Position numbers and translations under genes: made by a program. Shown in pieces: positions 13,201 through 24,388 of a stretch of 64,000 nt of DNA (positions within the stretch are counted from its first letter, which is position 1; each line of letters starts with the position of its first letter). The notes beneath the pieces are model-generated. The model did not search any database. It saw only the letters and a list, made by a program, of their open reading frames with translations, and was not told the origin of the DNA. The stretch is from the NCBI GenBank assembly GCA_001179505.1, contig CDMY01000859.1, forward strand, positions 124,001 to 188,000. Direction: 5' to 3'. Origin of the DNA: Vitrella brassicaformis CCMP3155 (taxonomy: Eukaryota > Protista > Chromerida).

Positions 13201-14867
13201 TGCGTGAGGGAGACGGCCTGCCGCGAGAACAGACAGACGGGACAGCGAAGAGAGATACACATGGCCGATAGGGAGCCTTGTTGGTTGGTGTGTGTGTTGG
13301 CGTACCTTTGTGGCGTCATCAGTCTTGAACTGGTTCTTGAACCAGAAGTCATCTGAGTGGCCGAACGACGCCACGTCGACACCAAGCAGCTTGAGCTTAG
13401 TCGACAAATCAGACCCTGCACAAACCACAGAAGCAGTGTTGCAGCATATGTGATCGAGCCACTGCCGTCCTCTACCTGTGTAAGCGGCATCGGGGTTCAC
13501 GCCGGTCAGGTTCGACACGAGAACCTTGCTCATTTCCCAGCCTGGCGCGACCAAACCATACGTCATCTTGCCCCTGACACACAAAACAGACACACGAGGA
13601 GCGGTGTCATGCAACGCCGTAGAGACCCTGCTCTCTGCTGCGGCGAATACCTGTGTGATGCGACCTCTCCGATGGCATAGATGTCGGGGTCACTGGTCCG
13701 CATGTGGTCGTCCACCTTGATGCCGCCCTGCGCACCCAACTCGATACCACAGTTACGACCCAACTCGTCGCGCGGCCTGCAAGGGAACAGAAGATCGCTT
13801 GCATGGAAAGAAGGGCCTTTCTGTGAGGAGAGTGACAGACCTGATTCCCGCACAAACGACGAGCATGTCACACTCGAACTCCCACATCTCTCCAGAGGCC
13901 TTGTTCTTGAGCCTCAGGCCACGAAGACTGCCCCCGTCGTCAAGGAGAAGGTCCTGGGTGCGCCAGTTGAGCTCAACGTGGATGCCCAGCCCTACAGCAA
14001 CACGACGGACAGGGATGGACAGCACTTTCATCTCTGCTTGCCTTGCCTCCCTGCCCGTCTTACGTTTGATCATATCGACGAGCATCTTGCCTCCCGTGGC
14101 ATCGAGTTGCCTGGGCATGAGGTAGGGATTGTGTTCCATGACGTGGGTCTCCACCCGCATGTCATACAGCGCCTTGGCGGCCTCCAGTCCCAGCAGCCCC
14201 CCTCCGATGGCCGCCGCCCTGCGCACCCTCCCTGACTTGATGTACTCGACAATCGCCTCTGTATCGTCCAGCGTTCGGTAGACAAACAGACCCTTCGCAC
14301 ACCTGAACACACAAACAAGGGCAAGCAACACATGGGAGTGTGTGACATCCGAGGTGGTCTGGGCGTGCTCACTGGTCGAGGTTTCCGAGTGCAGGGACGA
14401 ACGCGTAAGATCCAGTGGCGAGAACGAGCTTGTCGTATGCGATATAGCGCCCGTCGCTGGTCTCGACGGTGTGGGCCTCACGGTTGACCTTGACGGCGCG
14501 GCAGCTGATGTGGAAGGCCACATTGTGCTCGCCGAACCAAGAAGAGCCGCAAAGGGACAGCTGATCTGGGTCGTGATGCTTGAAATATGACGTAAGCTGC
14601 ACGCCTACGCACACACACACACACACACACACACAGGCAGCACAGGGATTGTCTTGGTAGACCTATGATCTGCCCTGCCCTTGTCTGCTTACGATTGTAT
14701 GCGTGCCGTTTCTCTTCACAGATGGATGTCAGCTGAAACCTCTTCTCGCTGTCCAGCTCCAGCACATCCTCAAGGAACCTGTGGCCAACCGGCCCATTGC
14801 CAACTATCACAACCCGCACAGGCGGACTGAGAGATGATGAATCAGCAGAGGTGGCGTGAGGCGCCAT
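10261..14867 (-). CDS. nirB: NAD(P)H-dependent siroheme nitrite reductase, NirB fused to a C-terminal NirD Rieske domain (fungal NiiA-type architecture)
   Basis: VVIVGNGPVG and AAAIGGGLLGLEAA (FAD/NAD binding). BFD-like Cys clusters: VCTCFGITKG, CGTGCGGC, ICSHF...CETC. Also TNDRFLANIQRSGTYSVIPRIPGGEIT, TKITGGQRIDLFGA. Siroheme/4Fe-4S ligands CVGSTWC and GCVRECAEA. Rieske motifs NMCPHK and VACPFHKKTF. Ends CGGKLNW*. Confidence 0.95.
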
Positions 14868-15194
14868 TGATGGCAGATCTTGAGCAGATCTCTCGCCAAG
14901 AACAAGCTAAGTGAGCAGACGCAGGCACCGTCGGCTAGAAGCGCATGAGGCAGTCGCGACAAAAAGAAGCTCAAAGCTCAAAGTCGGCAGCAAATAGGCC
15001 GCGATCCGGCCAGGAGCGATGTTGGCCGGCCAGGGTGACAGAGTCATTTCGCATCGGTTTGCACCGCAAATTGCCTATCCCGATGGCAGACGCAACGCAG
15101 GACACTGACCGCATGTAGATTCGCTTCGTTTTTCGAGCGTGATGGTCTTCCTCTAGCTCGCGTTTCGTCGCGTGGCAAGAGAAGCAAAGCAGGG
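14868..15194. promoter_or_regulatory. Short divergent (bidirectional) intergenic region between nirB (-) and the NLR-like gene (+)
   Basis: Predicted ATGs at 14867 (-) and 15195 (+) are 327 bp apart, head-to-head. No specific motif was identified. Confidence 0.4.
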
Positions 15195-18100
15195 ATGTCC
15201 GTTTGCTCTGAATGGTCAGCAGCATTCGTAGTCATCGGTGGATGCCATTCATCTCATTTGTCTGTTTGATCAGGTCGTCCGAGGACACGGAAGAATGGCT
15301 GCGGTGGAATGGACTGTCAGTCGACTACGTTGCTGCATTCAGAGAGAACCACATACGCGGAGATATATTGGTACGCCTCGAAACAGCCAGACATGCACTC
15401 CCGAAGGCAGATCTATCTCTCGGCTGCTGTGGTCATGCCATAGATGGACCTGACAGCCGCCGACTTGACCGATATGGGACTGGAGGACCACCAGCAGTTC
15501 TTCGCTGCTCGAGCTGCACTCGACTCGTCATCGCCATCCCTCCCGCCTTCATGGCGCATCCGAGCCATCCAGAAGGGCGACGCAGCCACAACCATGCGCC
15601 GCGGCAGCAGAAGAGAAGGGGCCATGGATGTCGTCCTGACACGTTCGGCGCCTCTCATGATGCAGGACAGCGCCGCTGATCGGCATGCGGACCGCTCCAT
15701 CACCCTCATGCCCTGCACCTTAGCGGGTGCCATCCATCATGCGGAGGAGTCTGTGGTGCAGACACTGAGGGGCTCCACGCAGAGGGGCCTGCTGGCAATC
15801 AAGAGGGCTCTGGTATGCAGCGAGGGAGGGAGGGAGGCCAGGGAGATCGACACACTTGCGGTCTGCTATACGCAGGGCACTGTGGAGGATATCGGAACCG
15901 CTGTGGTGCGTGGGTGTCGAGTATGGCACCACACGGGGCCAGCATCGGAGGACGGCCACCTCATCCTGGAGGATCACTCAGGTCACACGATGCAACGCAT
16001 GCCGCCACTCATTGCTGTACTCGTGTGTCGCGGTTCTCGGACACAGGATCTGGCGTGCCTATTGCTCCGTCTTGCGTCGCCGAGCTGCTGCATCGCAGCC
16101 ACCAGCCTGCTGAAGACACGGCAGCATCGGTGTGGCGGTGCGACTGCGTTGTCCTCGTCACCTCAGATGCCCAGGACGCCGGCACCAAAATGTACGCCAA
16201 AGCCATTTAGCGACCAAGTGCATGAGGGGTCGAATATGTAAGGGGCGGTGTGTGTGAGTGTGTGCTTGGTGCAGCTTCGACGCGCTGGTGAGGTCAGATG
16301 CGTCAGTGAGTCCCCCAGGAGTGGTAGCCGTCGAGCTGGAGGGAGAGGATGGCAACGGCAGCGATGAGGCGCTGAGGGCACTTTACACAACTCTCATGGT
16401 GCGTACCCATAGGACACCTATACACACCATGAGCAATCGTGTGTGTCTTTGTGTGTCGGTTATTTGATCCATCCCAGGAAGGCGGCACAGTGGAGGAGGC
16501 GGCGGAATCTGCCCAAGACAAGGCCCCCCACGCCCAGATCTTCACCTTCAGTGCTGCCACCGACTTGGACGCTGACGACGACAGGGCACCGCTGCGGCCT
16601 CTGCTTGTCGACCGCAGGAGGCGGCCACCACAGCTCACCGACCGCATCAATGACACGTACGCAGGGACTGAAATACACTCACATCAGGTCACTCACATCT
16701 ATCGTTCCATGTGTGCATTGCATTAGGACGTCCCCCTACCCGCCCATCGACCTCCCTCCTCTGCCCCATGATGGCTACATGGGCAGCGAGAGAAACGTCT
16801 GGAACGTGCGTAAGAGAGAGAGGTCCACACAGGGCTTGGCTTGTATGTCCGCATGCGCCACCTAACGCTTCTATTCTTCCTCCAGGTGGTCAGGGCGCTG
16901 CGTCGTGTTCGGGCCGTCTGGCTGATGGGCGTCACTGGGGTGGGCAAATCCACCGTTGCGGCCGCTGCTGCACACTACGTCGGATGTCGGTCCCACTACG
17001 CTGATGGCGTGGCTTGGGTGGCCCTGGAAGGATGCCGGGACATGGAATGCGTCACATCCACTCTCGAGCGGGCACTCAAGGTCAGGGTGGTGGATGGTGA
17101 TGGTGTGGATGGCGGGGCGCACCATCCTGTGCCGCATGTCAATGGCCACCGGCTGCTGGTCTTCGACCAAGGTGACAACCGACCTGCCTGCATGTGACGA
17201 ATGCAGGCATCGACGTTGTGTGTGTGTTTTTTGCTGTCAGTCGACGCCCTTCTCTCCCACAGCGGCCCATCTCTGCTCGAATGGCTGTCAAGGCTCATCC
17301 GCACGGCGCCGAGGGTCACAATGATCATCACTGCTCGCCAGGCCATCCCCAGCCACCCATCCTTTGCAGAAGAGACGGAGACCATCGAAATCAGGGGGCT
17401 GTCGAGGACCATTTCTGTCCAGTTCTTGCTCAAGCAGGCCTCCTCCGCCAATCAGGAGATGGCTGAGCAGCTGGCTGGTGAGTGGGGCGGGCACTCAGGG
17501 GGGAGGGAGGGAAGCGATGACAGGTCCAAATTCTTCTCGTCTCTGTTTGTTTATGTGCTGGTGCAGATCTGTGTGGAGGGTTGCCGGCGGCGTTGCGGAT
17601 GGCTGGCAACAGGCTAGGTGAAGGACGTACTCGACGCAAATATGAACAATCCCAATTGCTCCATTTCTTTACTACCTCAGGCGACTTTCGTTCTTCATCC
17701 CTCGCCCCCGTCGCCCTCGCGCCTCCATCCCTCAACAATCACTGGGAGGGTGACCTGTTCGATCGGCTCCTCGGCCCGGCAGTGGACGGCCTCCCATCAG
17801 CGGCACATCGAGCCCTGCGACTTCTGTCGATGCTCCCCGGGCCCTTCTCACTCAATGCAGCGAGTGCCATGTTGGGCTCTCATCCGACGGCCGTTTCCCC
17901 GGTTCTCGCCACTCTGCAGCGAGCGCACCTGCTCACCCGCCACTGTCAGCTCTACACCCTACCGTCCATCGTGAGGCTGCAGCAGGCAGCGTCGCCTCCA
18001 TCCATCGACATCGATACGCGGCGGGGGATGGTGCGTCTCATCGGGTGGTATGCGGGGGTGCTTTTGGACGCCAGCGATCGGCTTGAGCGTGTGAAAGAGG

Positions 18101-20607
18101 GTGGCGGGATGGGTGGCATGACGGCTGACGGGGCTGTGCGGGGGTATGATGAGGAAAGGGTTTGTGTGGATGAGGTGGTGCGGTGGGCGGAGAGGATACA
18201 CCCGGCGGTCTTCCTGCTCATCGTACAGGTACCGCTAGCACACCGGTAGTGGACTCTGCTGTATCTAACGAATGTGTGTTGTGAGTCCCCCTCAGGCGGG
18301 GCGTCCTGTGTTCCTTCATCGTTCGTCCTCGGCTGCGTATGTGGCGCTGTCCGAGTCGGCCCTGACAGCCCTTGTCTCCTTGCAGCACCCCACCGCTTCC
18401 CCGCCCTCCAAGCCACAGCCAGCCCCTTTTATCCACAACAGGCCGATGGACAGGCAGGAGACGACAGACATGGACGGGTTCGTGCCTGTGCTGCTCGACT
18501 CGACGACCACAGCCATCCCCTCGTCACCCCCGTCCCCCTCACTCAACACTTCCCTCGTGTCGCCTGAGTACGATGCGCCGGTGTCGGCCGAGAGCATGGC
18601 GGTTGACCCAGAGGTGATCGCAGAGGAGATGCAGAGCCTGCACAAGATGGTGCAGCAGAGCGCCGCTGGGCTCGACAAGACGGGCGGGCCGTCAGCTACC
18701 ATGGTGCATTTGTCAGTCTTGTCGATGGTGCGCATGATCGAGAGGGCTATGGTGGGGGGAGGAGACAAGTGGGACAAGAACGGCCAGAGCATGCTGCCCC
18801 GGCCGCCGGTGGGTCCGAGACCTCATGTTGGAGGTCGCAAGTGGTGGACTGACCACCCAACAGACGTGCAGGTCAGTGCAACTTGATGGCGTCATCTCTG
18901 CATCGATGGATTCCTCTGTTGTTCCGTGCAGGCTGTGTGTGACATGCTGCTGGATGTTGCCGTTGCGTCGCGAGAGCTGGGTCGCTTCGTGCACGCCGAG
19001 CATCTGTTGATGCACGCCTCACGGCTGCTTGCCACCGTGGCCTTCGACCAGCAGAAGGCAGAACAGAGCGGCGCGTGTCTGCTCATCAGGGGCGAAATAA
19101 CCGCACAGATGGGCCGAGTCAAAGTGATGGAGGTCAGCACAGCACGACACATATCGACAGCTAGAGAGGCCGACAGTCATCTGTTGTCTGTCAGGGTGAC
19201 TCCTCAACTGCTGAGGGGCTCTTCCGGACCGCTGTGGACGTCTTCGCAAGTGGCGCTCCTGACTCCAAGGTGCTTGCCAACGCCATCATGAACCTCGCGA
19301 CGTTCTACACCGACGTACGTTCTGGCAGCCATGCCTGCCCCTCTCCTCATACCCGATGTTTGCGTGTCTGATCGAGTGCAGGTGCGTGTGGACTACCCTT
19401 CAGCAGAGCGTCTGTTCCGCCAGTGTCTGCGGATGCGTCTCCGCCACACGGGGCTTCAGCACCTCGACGCCGCCGCAGTTCTCTCCAATCTGGCCATCCT
19501 CTGCTGCAACACGGGCCGACTCAGAGAGGCGAAAGGGTGAGTGAGCCGGCCTGCAGCAAGCAAAACGTACCTCTCAGCGATTCTTGTCCTCATTGTTTTG
19601 CTTCAGGTATATCCTAGAGTCGGCATCGATCCGGGAGGCGCTTCTCGGCGAGGACGACCTGTTGGTTGCTGCATCCATTCACAACCTGGCGGCCATCTGC
19701 GAAGAGCTGGGCGAGCTCGAGAAGGCAGAGACCCTATACGAGTGAGTGAACTCCCACCGACACAATACCTGCGCACATATGACGACCCCGCCCTGTCTGC
19801 CTTCAGTCGGTGTCTGGCCATCCGCGCGCACCAGCTGCCCGAACACGACCACCGACTGGCCTTCACCCACACCAACATGTCCATACTCTACGCCAAAATG
19901 GGCCGAGGCGACGAGGCAATCGACGCGGCGCGGCAGGCCCTGACCATCGCAGAGGCCTCTCTTGGCCATGACCACCATAAGACGTGCTCTATCCGAGGCA
20001 ATTTGGCGGCTGCACTGGTTCAGAAAGATGAGCGAGATGGAGAGGGTGAGGGGTCTGGCGAGGCCGTGAGGCTTCTGGAGGAATGTTTGGCGTGCCATGA
20101 GAGGAGACAGCGCGGAGGCGATGGGTTGCGGCCTCAGTCGCTCATACCGATCGTCACCAACCTAGGAAAGGTCGTGACCCAGGGGTGAGTGGGTCAACAT
20201 TTTACTTCTTCTGTGTTGTTGTGCAGGCTCGCGAGCAACAAGGCGACTACAAGGGCGGGTACGAGGCCTACGAGTCGGCCTTGGGCATCTGCCGCACCCT
20301 CTACCCGGCGCAGCCCCACCCCCACACCTGCCGGTCTCTTTTCTTCATCGCGAGGTCGGCCTATCGCGCAATGGAGAATGAACAGCAACGCCACGACGCA
20401 TTAGCCGACACGCCACGAGAGCTCTGTGAGTGGCAAGATCCGCTTGCCCCGCGTGTGTTCCCGCCTTCACGAGAGGAGATTGTGGTGTTTGTGAGGGAGT
20501 GCGAGGGCCACCTGAAGGTTCTCGAGGAGAGGGGCGAGTGTGTTCTCGGAGAAGCGGATCGGAAAGTGCTGCACGAGATGAGACAGGGGCTCAGCCTGGC
20601 CTCGTGA
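15195..20607 (+). CDS. NLR-like STAND NTPase: SAM - degenerate CHAT - NB-ARC - winged helix - TPR repeats
   Basis: SAM: MSVCSEW|SSEDTEEWLRWNGLSVDYVAAFRENHIRGDIL|MDLTAADLTDMGL. CHAT-like: GCRVWHHTGPASEDGHLILEDHSG, CDCVVLVTSDA, PGVVAV...ALRALYTTLM|EGGTVEEA. NB-ARC: Walker A GVTGVGKS (16928-16951), Walker B LLVFDQVD, sensor-1 IITAR, LCGGLPAALRMAG. WHD: LRLLSMLPGPFSL...LTR..YTLPSIVR. Kinesin-light-chain-type TPRs: AAVLSNLA, AASIHNLA, AFTHTNMS, TCSIRGNLA. Confidence 0.85.
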
Positions 20608-20915
20608 GCTCATGTTAGTCTGTGTGGAGCTTTTATGAGTTGTCTTTGTACTTATGTGGATGGATGGTTGCTGCAAGATGGCAACGCATTCGATGCAATG
20701 CATGGGTGTGCACTTTTCTTCTCCTCTCCTCAGTCTGGGCGCCTGGCCTGTGAACTGTTCATGGTGCTCGACCATGGCACAAGCCACATGGTCACGCAAC
20801 ATCGACGATACACGGCCACAAGGCACCAGTCAACGCGATGGTGAGACGCTGGCCGCTGCCCTGGCCAATCGCTAGTAGGATCGCCGAATCGCGGCTCCCC
20901 TGACAGGACAGAAAG

Positions 20916-23900
20916 ATGGCCAAGAGCAATGCCAGGAGCTCGTCGTCAAGCGACAGGAGGCCGAACCCCACAAGAAAACACCCCCCCTCAACCTCTTCCA
21001 AGGCTCCCCCTGTTGAGGCTCTCACAACTGAGGGGATGAAACTGGGGGTTGACGTCGAGAAGGAGGCGTGGAGATACCTCTGCCGATGGTACAAGAGCGG
21101 TCTGGACAAGACAGTCAAGGAAATCATCAGAGCCCAGAGCTCAGGCAGCAGCCATCAGCTGGTCCAGCGATATATACGCTTCCTGCTGGCGAGAGGCGGT
21201 GGGGCTTCATTCACCCCTCCCAGGGACGTGTGGCTGGTGTGGCAGAGCCACATGTTGCGGCCTGGCAAGTACGCCTATCATTGCTTGAAGCTGACGGGCA
21301 AGGTGATCTCACACGCGTTCGAACACGATTTGCCTGGGGGAGGGGAGGGGGACGATGACGACGCCAACCGGAAGCTCGACAATGCCGGCAAGCAGACAAA
21401 AGGACGTAGCGACGCTTTTGCTGCGACTTCAAGTTTCTCTGTCATTTTGCGCCTGCAGAGTGCCGCAGTATCGCGGAAGGACTGCAGAAAGTCATCACAG
21501 ATGAGGTGGGACGTACGGATCAGTACACAGCTCACCAATGTTCTCTCTCTCTACTCTGCAGCTCATGGGCATTCTGGCCACCGAAGCCCTCGCCAAGGAC
21601 TGGGCCTTCTTTGACGACCTTCTCACGAACTTCGATAAGTGTGGCATCACCAACATAAGAGGACACGTGACCAGCGATGTGGCGAAGGACTGCCCGGACA
21701 TCGGTTGGCTGATGGAGGGGCTGCATGAGCTGTATCTCAAGTATCTGCAGCTGACCCACAAGTGAGCACAGGAGGGCAGGCAGGGCCACTTTCAGGAATG
21801 GATTCACTTTCGCCGGCCTGTTTGTGCCACAGGTATGGTTCGGACGTGACGCCAACGCTAGAAATTGACTGGCTGTGGCACACACACTTGCTGCACCCGA
21901 CAAGCTACGCCGATGATTGCCAGAAAATGTTCAAAACAAACATAGGTGTGCGAGACACGGCCATTCCTGTCATGTGTGCACTATGCTATTGGGATGTCTG
22001 TCTGCAGGTCATCGCCCCTTCACTGCTGACGACGCCGGTTCCATCCCCGCCAAGCACGCCCTCTCGACCTCTCTCTGGACCAAGCACTGCGGCAACTCTC
22101 CCGCCGAGCTCATCACCCAGCTCATCCGCAAGCACAACAAACGAGAGACCGCAGTGCCAAAGAGAGACGAGGTGGCCCAGCTGGACGCCATGGGCTTCCA
22201 TGACCGAGGCACAAGCCTCCAGGCCCTCGAAGCTACTGATTTTGACGTCAATGGTGCCGCAAATCTGCTGATCGAGTGGCAGAAGGAAGGCCGTACGCCG
22301 CCGACAAGACGAGGCAAGGCAAAGGGGGCATTGAGGGGAACATCGACTGGGAGTGGACACAAGGGAGCCGGTGGGAGTGTCAAGGCGCCTCCGATTGGTG
22401 AGGTGGGTGTCACTCGAAGCGAATACGAGAGACGTCGCGACTACGTGGACTGGGTCGCTGCGCATTCATCGCCCGTACTCGAAATGACGGTGAGACATTG
22501 GCCAAGGCCCCCTGTGCACCTGGCACACCCGCTTCTTTCTGCCCGTTGTTCAGACGTTCCTCAAGTGTCAGAAGTCTGCGGCCAGAATGCTGAATGAGGG
22601 CAGTGGCGAGCCTGTCCAGGGTCTAATGTCGTTGCCTGTGGATGTCATGGTGCGCATTTGGGACTACGTAGCCGAGCCGTCAGCGACCTGCGAAGCTCTC
22701 GGGTGCAAAGTTACGACAAGACAGCGGACGAGGTGAGATGGGTCAGAGCTGCCCGAGATCTAATGTCCGCCTCGTCTACAGAGGGCCTGATGGTTTGATA
22801 ACCAAGACCCCCCGGTGCGGCTGCAGTCGCTGCAAACGACCGTGCGGTCTCTGCGGGGTCGGTTGTATGGGAAGGAGTGTACACACAGTGAAATGTTCCC
22901 TTGTGTCCCATTCAGTATCGTACTCTCCGTCGAGACGAATGGCAAGTTGGCGGCACTATTGCCTACTGCGGCTGTGAGTGTCCTGAATGCCGCCAGCTGC
23001 TGGTGCGAGAGGAGATACCAGGGGGGTTGGCGCTCGCTTGCGGCTGTGAGGGCAGCGTGTGTCAGTGCGGCAGGAAGGTCGACAGACAGAGACGGGAGAT
23101 GCCTGGCCCTGACCATCGCGGCAAACTCATGTGGTGAGTGGTCTCCAGGAGACAGACAGAAGAAATGAGGGGGCTTCTGTATGATAATCTTTTGCGCGTG
23201 TTCTCAGGTGGTGCGGCACATGTGGTTGTGCCAAGTGCGGGAAGCTGCCTTCTACATGCAAGTGCGACGAGGACCGCTGCTGTCGCTGTTGCAGCTGCTT
23301 TCTACCAAAGGCAGTGGTCACTAAGCTCCAGAAGATGCACACGCAACCAAACACCTCCTCGTTCATCTGCAGGTCCGCACTCAGGACGGCCTCCGAATTC
23401 CTTTCTCGTCATTGAAGGAGGGAGAATTCATCGCCACAGGGCAGAGTCCATCGTCGCCTCCCATCAGCGGCTCGTTCGGCTGTCAAGCGGCCTACCGTCG
23501 TGTCACCAAGGTGTGGAAATGCCCGGTGCCTGGAGGACGCGTGGACAGCTACTGGAGGGGGCCGAGTGGTGGAGGTGTGACCACCGGGCACCCCGTATGG
23601 GACCAAGAGCAATGGCGTCGACCTGAAGAGGTGCATGAGACCAAAGCCACACATGTGTGTGTGTGTGCGCATGGTTGTCCATGTCTCTGTCTCTCTTTGA
23701 CTGCATGCAGTTGGTGGCCGACGGTCTTTGGCGGGTGGAGACACAGCCAGTGGATTTCGTCTACACGATCGAGTTGGAGGGCCATGAAGACACCGTTGAA
23801 GTGGGCGGGGTGGTGTGTGCTGCCCTGGGAGCCTACTGCGGGCCTTCATTCGGCTGGAACATCTTCACGCGCAAGACGCAGCGCTGCGACAAAAGCGACT

Positions 23901-24040
23901 GTCTCCTGTGTGACCAAGTCGTGCTGCTGAAACAAGCGAGTGTGGACTTCGCCCACATCGGTGAGGATGCCCTTGCCGTGAGATACCCCCCGGTTGTCAT
24001 GAAGGTCGGCAGGCGGCAGTGTTCGTGGATGGCAAAGTGA
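20916..24040 (+). CDS. Multidomain protein: 2x DUF1399 (GRDP-like) - UBA - F-box-like helix - Cys-rich region - C-terminal Hint (Vint-type) domain
   Basis: DUF1399 repeats PPRDVWLVWQSHMLRPGKY and PTLEIDWLWHTHLLHPTSY. UBA: EVAQLDAMGFHDRGTSLQALEATDFDVNGAANLL. Intron 22490-22553 joins in frame to LMSLPVDVMVRIWDYV. Introns 22733-22781, 22858-22915, 23134-23207 and ~23317-23372 keep frame through a Cys-rich block into SCFLPKAVVRTQDGLRIPFSSLKEGEFIAT...VTTGHPVW...W..P...VYTIELEGH...GGVVCAALG. Confidence 0.8.
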
Positions 24041-24388
24041 CAGAGGTTTCTCGTGGGATGGCAAGGAGAGAGAGTTTTGGCGATGCGATGGGGGTCAGGG
24101 TCGGGCGCAGTGAAGTGACCTTCAGTAGTTCTGTTTAAGAGACATCAATGCAGGATCCGTGACTGGAATAAATTGGTCAAGCGGATTGTGGCCAGACAGA
24201 TACGTCAGGATATAAAAGGCAGACAGCAATGAAGCTCAAACCCCCAACCCCCAGCCCCTCCTGAGACACGCACACTGACTAGACGAACTGTGTGTGTGTT
24301 GTGTGTGCGGCGACTCTCTTTCCCCTTCTTCTCACTCATAGGAGCGGCAGCATCCTTCTCTCGCTCAATCACGACAACAGCAGCTAAC

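Noticed and set aside
10261-14867. Complete nitrate-assimilation gene cluster
   Set aside because: Only nitrite reductase is present. No nitrate reductase or NRT2 transporter motifs were found in the window.
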